This document shows positions 1 through 7,797 of a stretch of 45,792 nucleotides of DNA, in pieces. The translations under genes were made by a program, and so were the position numbers. The DNA is taken from contig JAZDEQ010000067.1 in assembly GCA_043808565.1 (NCBI GenBank), forward strand, positions 1 through 45,792. Reading direction: 5' to 3'. A model generated the notes under the pieces. That model made no database searches, was not told the DNA's origin, and saw only the letters and a program-made list of their open reading frames with translations. This DNA comes from Candidatus Uhrbacteria bacterium (lineage in GTDB: Bacteria; Patescibacteriota; Patescibacteriia; UBA9934; GWF2-40-263). Positions within the stretch are counted from its first letter, which is position 1. Each line of letters starts with the position of its first letter.

Positions 1-51
1 CGAGGATCGGGAATAGATGAAAAAAATTCAAACAAAGTTCCTCCAAATTGC

Positions 52-82
52 ATAAAACATGGTCTTATTGACCATGTTTTAT
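52..82. terminator. Perfect 13-bp-stem hairpin of unknown assignment
   Basis: ATAAAACATGGTC (52..64) and GACCATGTTTTAT (70..82) are exact reverse complements with a 5-nt loop. It lies in AT-rich non-coding sequence downstream of the truncated RT. Confidence 0.3.
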
Positions 83-131
83 GATACCAGTTTTTTAAAA
101 TTTTGCTAAGTTTAGGTGAAATTAAGATGCG

Positions 132-692
132 TTAGCCCTGTCTAACGCCCCCCCCCCAAGGCGTTTCAGCTTGAAAACTTCCAATTATCTCGGACAAAAG
201 GCCGACGGTTTTTTGATCGGCTATTTTTCGTTTTAAAACCGCCAACAAAATCTCGTGATCCACCGAATCAAAAAACTTTTTGATATCGAATTTAAGAGCA
301 AAGCATGGCGAAGAATAATTTTTACTAACCCGACAAACAAAATCTTGAAGCCGCCGCACGGCGGCATGTGTACCTTTGCCGACTCGACAAGAATAACTGT
401 CAAAAATAAAACCCTTTTCAAAAATCGGCAAAAGAACTCGATAGACGGCGTGATGAACCAACCGATCTCGAACCATGGCTTTGTGAATAACTCGGTGTTT
501 AGGATCAAAAAGATGGAAACAATGATATTTGCCGTGGTAATAATTTCCATTTTTTAAATCTTCATGAAGAATAAAAATATTATCTTCAAGATTACGTTCG
601 AATTTCTGAACATCTGGTCTATTCTGTTTACCACACCTAAACTCGTGCCAGGCCGAAAATAAATTCTCTAAAGAAATAATTTTTTCAAACAT
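132..692 (-). pseudogene. DGR-type reverse transcriptase, 3'-truncated (N-terminal half only, no YxDD region)
   Basis: The 186-aa ORF is collinear from residue 1 with the full-length RT at 26851..27933 (MFEKIISLENLFSAW vs LFEQIVTTNNLFLAW; shared FDSYSCRVGKGTHAAV and DIKKFF). It ends right after a G10 run (C10 on the + strand, 158..167), where the paralog continues with IPLGNLTSQ and YCDD. All three frames hit stops within about 20 codons downstream. Confidence 0.75.
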
Positions 693-694
693 AT

Positions 695-1039
695 ATGCAA
701 GAAATATCCGAAACTCCGGTTTTTACTTTATCTTTTAACTTATTGAAGGACATTTATTTGCTACGCAAAAAATTTCCCAAGACTGAAAAATACACACTGG
801 GCGGACAAATGGAACAAACAGCTTTGGAAATAATGTTAAGTATTATTCAAGCCGGCCGGGCTAAAAAACAAGAAAAAATAATACCACTTGAATTAGCCAT
901 TAAGAAAAACGACACAACCAAAATTTTGTTTCGTTTGGCTAAGGAAATAAAACTTATCAGCGACCAACAATATTTAGAGTATCAAGAAAAACTGCAAAAA
1001 ATCGGACAAATGTTGGGCGGCTGGTATCGATCGATATGA
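695..1039 (+). CDS. avd: Avd-like accessory variability determinant (four-helix-bundle / 23S rRNA IVS protein family)
   Basis: 114 aa with FPKTEKYTLGGQ near the N-terminus and KIGQMLGGW at the C-terminus, typical of this family. The paralog at locus 2 has FPKSQRYTLGE and TGKMLGGW. It sits between the RT and TR of a DGR. Its start codon is 2 nt from the divergent RT start, inside the palindrome CATATATG (690..697). Confidence 0.8.
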   Translation: MQEISETPVFTLSFNLLKDIYLLRKKFPKTEKYTLGGQMEQTALEIMLSIIQAGRAKKQEKIIPLELAIKKNDTTKILFRLAKEIKLISDQQYLEYQEKLQKIGQMLGGWYRSI

Positions 1040-1072
1040 ATACTCCGCCTTTTTACAAAAGGCGGAGTATTC
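1038..1072. terminator. Perfect 12-bp hairpin between the avd stop and TR1
   Basis: GAATACTCCGCC (1038..1049) and GGCGGAGTATTC (1061..1072) are exact reverse complements. The loop TTTTTACAAAA can extend the stem. The hairpin lies 3' of avd on the + strand and immediately 3' of TR1 on the - strand. Confidence 0.5.
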
Positions 1073-1081
1073 GCGAAGCAG

Positions 1082-1211
1082 TCCCGGCGGAAGACGAGCG
1101 ACCCATAGTTCGGGTTGGCGATCTTGGCATTCCTGTTCAGGTTGAGCTTGGGCTGGCCGTTCCACACCTTGAGGTACGCGCAGTTGCCACGAGCGTCGCG
1201 GTTCACGGAGC
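1082..1211 (-). repeat. DGR template repeat TR1 (130 bp)
   Basis: It aligns without gaps to 1535..1664. All 13 mismatches are T on the + strand (A in the sense, - strand) in this copy. Sense translation gives the Asn-rich ..VNRDARGNCAYLKVWNGQPKLNLNRNAKIANPNYGSLVFRRD. Confidence 0.92.
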
Positions 1212-1530
1212 TTCCAATTATTGTCACACCCCATCTTTGTCACCAGGTTTTCCGCCAAAGCGGTTAACCTTGAATTTCATTTGGGATTTTTTCCACCAGA
1301 GCATGACAAGGAGTGCCTCGTTAGAATCACGCCCTTTTGTATTCATTTATTCGAACACAAAATTCCGGTGATAACTCTTTCGAGAATTTCGGGGACCCCG
1401 CTGCTCGCAAGCGGCGGGGCACAATACCCTACTTTCAAAAATTATTATAACGAAAATGCGCCAGAATCTCCAGATCTGACGCAAAAAAGAGGAGGAAAAA
1501 AGTGAAAAGACCAGAGGGACGAAGCGACAG

Positions 1531-2418
1531 TCACTCCCGGCGGAAGACGAGCGACCCATAGTGCGGGTAGGCGATCTCGGCATCCCTGTCCAGGAAGAGC
1601 TTGGGCTGGCCGCGCCACACCCCGAGGTACGCGCAGTCGCCACGAGCGTCGCGGTCCACGGAGCCGGGAAGGTCGATGATGTGCTCACCTTCCTTCACAA
1701 TGTCAACCTTGTGTGCATACGCCGTGACACCAACCATGGCCGTGCCGGCCAGAAGGTTGCCGGTGCACTCGATTCGGCAGTCGGTCGGCTTCCGATTCCG
1801 ATTCGACCGGCCGTCATTGCAGCGGAACCAGAACGGTTCCGTCGGATCGCTGTGCCGTTTGTCGCACGGCTCGGCACTTTCGTCGCCGTAGCCAAACTCG
1901 GCATACTTGATGCCGATGAGTTGGCACGCCTTGACGAGCCCCGGCCGAGGATCGGCCAGGAAAAGCAGAGGTAGTTTGGAATCGTTGGCGACCAGAAACG
2001 CAGGAATCTCTGGAATTCCCTCGAGATACGTCTCGAATATCACTCCTTCGCCCCCGAAACCGAGTTCGAACAATCGCCTGGCTTGCGCCAAACGAATTTC
2101 GGCCGGCGCCGACGGAGTGATGGGCGCCGGCATGGCGGCAGACGCTGCCGGCGGAACCGCGGCCGCTTCTCGCAGGACGAGGCGACCAGCGATGAGGTCT
2201 AAGACCTGTTGCGGAGTGATTTCCTTGTAGTAGAGCGCTCGACCCAGCGGATCTGTAGCGGTGTGGTTGACCATCAAGCCGTGGAAACCAGTGGTGGTGA
2301 ATCTCTTGGCCAGTTCAATGATCTGGCTCAGCCACCCAGGGACATCAAGGAGGGTTTCTCTTCTTTCTTCCATCTTTGGCTCCTTACCCCAAAATCCGAA
2401 AAATACAATCTCTTTCAC
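1531..2418 (-). CDS. DGR target (variable) protein 1, with a C-terminal VR-encoded domain ending ..YGSLVFRRE
   Basis: The 295-aa ORF is in a GC-rich block, and its last ~43 codons are VR1. Ten residues differ from the TR1-encoded sequence (N->D, D, R, F, D, D, Y, H; K->G, E). I see no N-terminal signal peptide or TM segment. Confidence 0.85.
   Translation of the reverse strand: MKEIVFFGFWGKEPKMEERRETLLDVPGWLSQIIELAKRFTTTGFHGLMVNHTATDPLGRALYYKEITPQQVLDLIAGRLVLREAAAVPPAASAAMPAPITPSAPAEIRLAQARRLFELGFGGEGVIFETYLEGIPEIPAFLVANDSKLPLLFLADPRPGLVKACQLIGIKYAEFGYGDESAEPCDKRHSDPTEPFWFRCNDGRSNRNRKPTDCRIECTGNLLAGTAMVGVTAYAHKVDIVKEGEHIIDLPGSVDRDARGDCAYLGVWRGQPKLFLDRDAEIAYPHYGSLVFRRE
1535..1664 (-). repeat. 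DGR variable repeat VR1 (130 bp)
   Basis: This is the 3' end of the 1531..2418 ORF. It is identical to TR1 except at 13 positions, all TR adenines in the sense strand (8 A->G, 3 A->T, 2 A->C). The first ~28 nt at the 3' (sense) end are invariant and GC-rich, as expected for an IMH. Confidence 0.92.
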
Positions 2419-2559
2419 CAGACCGTATTTTCTTCATCTTTGGGTTATGGACATCGCGCAAGAATCCCGCTCGCGCACGGGTGTCTCGGACTTGAGACAA
2501 CGACTTTTTATACTCCTTTTTAATGAAAATGTCAAATATCGACAGTTCAACAATGCGGA

Positions 2560-3402
2560 CTAAATCTTGTTTTTGGATTCTTTCTTCAAAAAATCCATTA
2601 CTTCAACCAAAGTAACTTTTGGTTTTCCTGGCTCGTTTTTATAGCCCCAATTGCCTTTTTCACCAAAAGTAAAACCGCCAAATTTTTTAAAAAGCTTTTC
2701 GGCACCCGAAAAATCCTGAACCAAAATAACACCTCGACCACGCTCGTCAAAGATAATCGGAACTGGATGGTCAAATTTTCGCGCGACCAACAAAGAAACA
2801 TATCGCCGTAAACCTTCTTTTGTATAAGTGGTGATAATAAAAAAATCTTGCCACTTAATGCGTTTTTGCCAGGCTAGTTTGGCCGCCTGCTCATATCTCC
2901 TTTCAATCACTGGATCTGTAAACGGTCGCATTAACTTTTTTTGCCAAGCCAAAACTTTTTTTATTTCATTTTCGCTGTAACCCTCATTTTGCAAAGACCA
3001 AATAAATCCCCGATCAAAAATCGCTACTCCGTGAACTAAACGTGGATCAAAACCCAGAGCTAATAATTTTTTATCGTTCAAGTGAAAAACTGTCAAAAAC
3101 TGTTCCAGCGAAGACTTAATTTTTTTCCGATTTAAATTTTGATAACGATGATGATCAATTATTTTCACCTCCAGACCTTTTTTCAATAATTGTTTTTCGG
3201 TTTTAACCCCAGGCATTTCTACTATCACCGCTTTATTGGCCCCGCTTTCAATAATTTTATTAACAATGTCTGGTTCTTTATCCAAAGACGCCCCATGCGG
3301 TTGGCTGGAAATAATGACCGGCAAATCAATAGCCTTGGCCAAACGTAAAATCATGATAGCTTCGAAGTCGTTGGGGGGAATAATAAGGATGTTTTTTTTC
3401 AT
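2560..3402 (-). CDS. Hypothetical protein (possible divergent DHH-type phosphoesterase)
   Basis: Clean 280-aa ORF with host-like AT-rich composition. The only motif I recognise is ..KIIDHHRY.., so the family call is weak. Confidence 0.55.
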   Translation of the reverse strand: MKKNILIIPPNDFEAIMILRLAKAIDLPVIISSQPHGASLDKEPDIVNKIIESGANKAVIVEMPGVKTEKQLLKKGLEVKIIDHHRYQNLNRKKIKSSLEQFLTVFHLNDKKLLALGFDPRLVHGVAIFDRGFIWSLQNEGYSENEIKKVLAWQKKLMRPFTDPVIERRYEQAAKLAWQKRIKWQDFFIITTYTKEGLRRYVSLLVARKFDHPVPIIFDERGRGVILVQDFSGAEKLFKKFGGFTFGEKGNWGYKNEPGKPKVTLVEVMDFLKKESKNKI

Positions 3403-3484
3403 AAGTAATTGAATTGTAGCTTAAATGGAAAAAGTCGCAAATAAAAATATCGACAGTGTCGATATTTTTATTTCTTTAAAAATT

Positions 3485-6427
3485 TTATTCCACGACAAAC
3501 CCCACCGTTACATCGCACTCGTTCATTCTAAAAGATTCACAAATCTCTGGTCGCTCGCCGGTTGTTCGTAACGAGTTGGCTAACGTACCGTTTTTAATGG
3601 TTTCTTCGAATTCATTAATCATAGTTTGGGCTTCCGTGTCGGCGCTCTCAAAATATAATTCAATACGATTCTCAATGGTCAATTTATTGTTCTTGCGCAT
3701 TTCATTAACTCGACGAACCAAGTCGCGAGCCATGCCCTCGCGCAAAAGCTCGGGCGTTAAATTTACATCGAGCTCGACATTATATTCACCTTTTTCAATA
3801 ATAACGTTTTTAACGTTCACTTCGTCTTTAATAATGTTTACCAATTCCTCGTCCAGTTCGCCTTCTGGTAACCAAACGGTGGCTGAAGCTAAAGGCTGAC
3901 GAACCGCCCGACCGGTCTCGGAACGCTTTTCCAAAATTTTAGAAACCACTGAGCGCGAGCGAGCCATACGATCCAAAAGTTTTTCGTCAAGCAAGGTTTG
4001 GTCAACAGTTGGCCAAAGGTCGAGGTGAACAGATGACAAACCGCCGCCCAAACGCAAATAAATCGCTTCTGATAAAAATGGAGCAAATGGCGCCATTAAT
4101 TTAGAAACTGTTATCAAACCCTCACGAAGTGTGGCCAAAGCTGCGGCCTTATCGGCCTCGTCTTTGCCTTTAAATCGATCCCGACTGCGACGAACAAACC
4201 AAGTTGAAAGATCATTGATAAAATCTCCGATCGCTCGAACCGGCTCAGTCACTTTGAAACCATCAAGCTGTTCGGTCGATTCTTTGATCAATTGATTCAA
4301 ACGAGCAAGAACCCAACGATCTAAAACGTTCCCTGAAACCCCTTCAACCCCTTTCGCCCCTTCAACCCCTATATACAGTTCATAAAAAGTCATCACATTC
4401 CAAAGAATCATAAAAACTTTTTTGACCATTTCGTCTAGAGCTTTCAAATCAAAACGTTTGGAATCACCGGGTTGATTAATGGAATACATGTACCAACGAA
4501 CAGCGTCGGCACCGTATTGATTGATAGTAGAAATCGGATCAACGATATTACCAACAGACTTGGACATTTTTTTACCTTTGGCATCCAAAACATGACCGTA
4601 ACAAATAACATTTTTAAACGGCCGCTCTTTACCAAGCAAAGTCGCAACAGCCAACAAGGTATAAAACCAACCGCGAGTCTGGTCGATAGCTTCGGAAATA
4701 TAATCAGCTGGATAAGCTTCATTGGAATCAATTTTTTCTTTATTTTCAAAGGGATAATGCCATTGAGCAAACGGCATACAACCGGAATCAAACCAAACAT
4801 CGCAAACTTCAGTTACGCGTTTCATTTGGCTGCCACACTTTTCACATTTTATGAGAACACCATCGACGAACGGACGGTGCGGGTCAAACACCCCTCCCCC
4901 GTCCCCCGTCATCAACCCCTCACCCCCAGCCCCTTCTCCCCCGGGGAGAGGGGAGATTGAGCGAGCGTGGAGTTCGTCGAAACTTCCAATGCAAGATTTT
5001 TCTCCGCACTCACAAACCCAAACTGGTAATGGTGTGCCCCAATAACGTTCCCGTGAAAAGGACCAGTCTTTTACCTCACGCAACCACTCGCCGAAACGAC
5101 CGTCTTTAATGTAGTCCGGTTCCCAATGAATTTTGCTATTTTCTTCAATCAACTTGTCACGCAGACTGCTCATGCGGATATACCAAGAGTCTTTGGCATA
5201 ATAAACTAACGGCGATTTGCAGCGCCAACAAAAAGGATAAGTATGTTTAATTCTTTCTTGAGCTAAAAGCAAACCGCGAGCGGTTAAATCTTCTATAACT
5301 TTTGGATCAGCATCTTTAACAAACAAACCAGCAAACGATCCACAATCATCAGTCATCTTCCCATCCAAACCAACAAGATGAATTTTTGGCAAACCAATTT
5401 TTTGACCCAATTCAAAATCCTCAACGCCGTACATTACGGCTGTGTGGACAATACCCGAACCATCATCAAGAGAAACAAAGTCAGCTGGCACTACATACCA
5501 AGCTCGCTTCTTTCCTTCTTCGGTTCCAGCCATTTTCTTTTTGGTAAAATCATAAAGCGGTTCGTACTCCATACCAACCAAATCACTACCGGATTTTTCT
5601 TCAATAATTTCAAACTCACCTTTGGTAGCAACCTCAACTCGACTCTTCGCTAACCAAAGATTTTCATCTTGATGTTTTACTTTTACATAAGCCATGTTAG
5701 TACCAACAGCTAACGCCACATTGGCTGGCAAGGTCCACGGTGTGGTTGTCCAGGCCACTAAATACTCCGACTCTTTTGGTTCGGAACCATCGGCTAATTT
5801 TGTCACTTTAAATTTAATATAAACCGCTGGATCTTCAACTTCTTTATATCCTTGAGCTAACTCATGAGAAGACAACGAGGTTCCACAACGCGGACAATGT
5901 GGGACAACTTTGTAATCCTGATATAAAAATCCCTTATCCCAAATCTGTTTAATAACCCACCACAGTGACTCAATATATTCTGAATGATATGTGATGTAGG
6001 GATGATCAAGATCCAACCAAAAACCAATGCGTTTAGTAATTGACTGCCACTCTTCAAGATATTTCCAAACACTTTCACGACATTTTTCATTAAAAGGTTC
6101 AATGCCAAAATTTTCAATATCTTTTTTACCAGAAAAACCCAGCTGTTTTTCCACCTCAATTTCTACTGGCAAACCTTGGGTATCCCAGCCGGCTTTACGC
6201 TCAACCAAAAATCCCTGCATGGTGCGATAGCGCAAAATACAATCCTTAAAAGCTCGTCCTTCGATGTGGTGAATGCCGGGTTTGCCATTAGCTGTTGGCG
6301 GGCCTTCAAAAAAAACAAAGCGACCCTTAGGCGAAGCCTTGGCTAAAGTTTTTTCAAAAATCTTTTCAGCTTCCCAGTTTTTAAGAAGCTCTTCCTCGAT
6401 TTGAGGAAAGTTGGGGCGGTCGGACAT
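3485..6427 (-). CDS. ileS: Isoleucine--tRNA ligase
   Basis: 980 aa with the HIGH-type motif PPTANGKPGIHH, the KMSKS motif (GKKMSKSVGN), Cys clusters (HCPRCGT, CWRCKS, CECGEK, CEKCGS) and WFDSG. It contains two unusual Gly-rich inserts (see findings). Confidence 0.93.
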   Translation of the reverse strand: MSDRPNFPQIEEELLKNWEAEKIFEKTLAKASPKGRFVFFEGPPTANGKPGIHHIEGRAFKDCILRYRTMQGFLVERKAGWDTQGLPVEIEVEKQLGFSGKKDIENFGIEPFNEKCRESVWKYLEEWQSITKRIGFWLDLDHPYITYHSEYIESLWWVIKQIWDKGFLYQDYKVVPHCPRCGTSLSSHELAQGYKEVEDPAVYIKFKVTKLADGSEPKESEYLVAWTTTPWTLPANVALAVGTNMAYVKVKHQDENLWLAKSRVEVATKGEFEIIEEKSGSDLVGMEYEPLYDFTKKKMAGTEEGKKRAWYVVPADFVSLDDGSGIVHTAVMYGVEDFELGQKIGLPKIHLVGLDGKMTDDCGSFAGLFVKDADPKVIEDLTARGLLLAQERIKHTYPFCWRCKSPLVYYAKDSWYIRMSSLRDKLIEENSKIHWEPDYIKDGRFGEWLREVKDWSFSRERYWGTPLPVWVCECGEKSCIGSFDELHARSISPLPGGEGAGGEGLMTGDGGGVFDPHRPFVDGVLIKCEKCGSQMKRVTEVCDVWFDSGCMPFAQWHYPFENKEKIDSNEAYPADYISEAIDQTRGWFYTLLAVATLLGKERPFKNVICYGHVLDAKGKKMSKSVGNIVDPISTINQYGADAVRWYMYSINQPGDSKRFDLKALDEMVKKVFMILWNVMTFYELYIGVEGAKGVEGVSGNVLDRWVLARLNQLIKESTEQLDGFKVTEPVRAIGDFINDLSTWFVRRSRDRFKGKDEADKAAALATLREGLITVSKLMAPFAPFLSEAIYLRLGGGLSSVHLDLWPTVDQTLLDEKLLDRMARSRSVVSKILEKRSETGRAVRQPLASATVWLPEGELDEELVNIIKDEVNVKNVIIEKGEYNVELDVNLTPELLREGMARDLVRRVNEMRKNNKLTIENRIELYFESADTEAQTMINEFEETIKNGTLANSLRTTGERPEICESFRMNECDVTVGFVVE
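4909..4953. repeat. Copy of the DUF559-associated repeat (TCATYAACCCCTCAC..TCTCCCCCGGGGAGAGGGG), in-frame inside ileS
   Basis: TCATCAACCCCTCACCCCCAGCCCCTTCTCCCCCGGGGAGAGGGG closely matches 33589..33628 and 34052..34087. It includes the palindrome TCTCCCC-C-GGGGAGA (4935..4949). Confidence 0.7.
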
Positions 6428-6729
6428 ATTGACTAACCCTTCGATTGGCCTCAGGGCCTTCGGGGGGGGCGTTAAGGCCTTAAGGCATTAAAGGGCTTTA
6501 AGGGCATGGAAAATTCTTAAAAAGAATAACATTTACTTAGGTTTTTGACAAATAAAAACGACCGTAGAAAAACTATGATCGTTTTTTGTATTTAAAAACT
6601 AACCTCATTTTACCCCCCCCCGCTTATAAGTCAACGAAAAATGGGGACAACGGCAATAGTATTTTTATTGACTTTTTCGTATCAATATGATACGATTAAA
6701 CTAGTTAAATGATACGATTATCTTAACCT

Positions 6730-7785
6730 ATGCTTAAATTGGCTGACAAACAACAACAAATAATCGCTATTTTATTAAAAAATAGTCCATTTTCCTCCTC
6801 ACAAATTCATTTGGAATTAGAAAAGTTTGGAGAAAAAACTTCCTTAATTACAACAAAAAGAGCTGTCTCGAAATTAGTCGAGCAAAAAATTTTACAAACT
6901 TCCGGAGCCGGAAGATCGGTTGTTTATACGTTAAACATACTTGGGCGAACACTGGCCGATGTGGACGCCAAAGAATACTGCTCGATTGAGCCGGATAAAC
7001 GCTATGGATTAAAACAATATAATTTTAATTTGTTTTCCGGTTTTCCAAAAGAAATTTTCTCTAAAGAAGAATTGGTGACTATGAAAGCCGCCACTCTTCA
7101 ATACAAACAAAGAACCAAAAATTTATCAGCAACGATTCAAAAAAAAGAATTAGAAAGATTGGTTATTGAACTCTCTTGGAAATCCTCGAAAATCGAAGGC
7201 AACACCTACACTCTTCTTGACACAGAAAAACTTTTATTGGAAAACAAAGTGGCGCCAAACAAAACCAAAGAAGAAACCCAGATGATTTTAAACCACAAGG
7301 AAGCTTTCAATTTTATTCATAAAAATTCCGAGCTGTTTAAAAATATCGGCAAAAAAAATCTTGAAGAATTACACAAAATTTTAGTCAAAAATTTAAACAT
7401 TGATATCAGTTTCCGTAAAAAACCCGTCGGTATAACCGGTTCGGCCTATCGTCCGCTTGATAATTTTTATCAAATCGGGGAAGCTGTGGAGGAATTAGAC
7501 GAAAAAATTTCACGAGCCAAAACACCTTACGACAAATCTTTTTTAGCTTTAATTGGCTTGTCTTACATTCAGCCTTTTGAAGATGGAAACAAAAGAACCA
7601 GCCGATTAATGGCCAACGCATTATTGTTAGCTCACGGTTTGGCTCCTTTATCTTATCGCAGCATTGACGAAGAAGAATATCGGGAAGCCTTACTGGTGTT
7701 TTACGAACTCAACGCTGTTAAACCGTTCAAAAAAATATTCATTGAACAATACATTTTCGCGGCAAATAATTATTTGGTTAAATAA
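6730..7785 (+). CDS. Fic/Doc-family protein with an N-terminal winged-helix domain and a non-canonical active-site motif
   Basis: 351 aa. The motif IQPFEDGNKRTSR occupies the position of the Fic consensus HxFx(D/E)GNGRxxR, with Gln in place of the catalytic His and NKR as in Doc. The N-terminal ~70 aa look like a wHTH. Confidence 0.7.
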   Translation: MLKLADKQQQIIAILLKNSPFSSSQIHLELEKFGEKTSLITTKRAVSKLVEQKILQTSGAGRSVVYTLNILGRTLADVDAKEYCSIEPDKRYGLKQYNFNLFSGFPKEIFSKEELVTMKAATLQYKQRTKNLSATIQKKELERLVIELSWKSSKIEGNTYTLLDTEKLLLENKVAPNKTKEETQMILNHKEAFNFIHKNSELFKNIGKKNLEELHKILVKNLNIDISFRKKPVGITGSAYRPLDNFYQIGEAVEELDEKISRAKTPYDKSFLALIGLSYIQPFEDGNKRTSRLMANALLLAHGLAPLSYRSIDEEEYREALLVFYELNAVKPFKKIFIEQYIFAANNYLVK

Positions 7786-7797
7786 CCAATCAAAATT

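Noticed and set aside
132-170. The possibility that slippage in the G10/C10 tract restores a full-length RT (a phase-variable DGR)
   Set aside because: I translated all three frames downstream of the tract. Each hits a stop within about 20 codons, and none encodes the xGNLTSQ or YxDD motifs. The RT 3' half is simply absent from the visible sequence.
974-2230. Many overlapping ORFs on both strands (974..1258, 982..1227, 1036..1371, 1221..1505, 1347..1688, 1561..1974, 1601..1891, 1695..1904, 1907..2230)
   Set aside because: They lie in the GC-rich TR/target block, where stop codons are rare in all frames. 982..1227 is just the sense translation of the non-coding TR, and the others are shadows of the 1531..2418 gene.
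6428-6729. A T-box riboswitch in the ileS leader (there is a terminator-like hairpin at about 6553..6590)
   Set aside because: I found no T-box consensus (..GGUGGUACCGCG..) or specifier-loop architecture on the - strand. The hairpin may serve as a bidirectional terminator or insulator.
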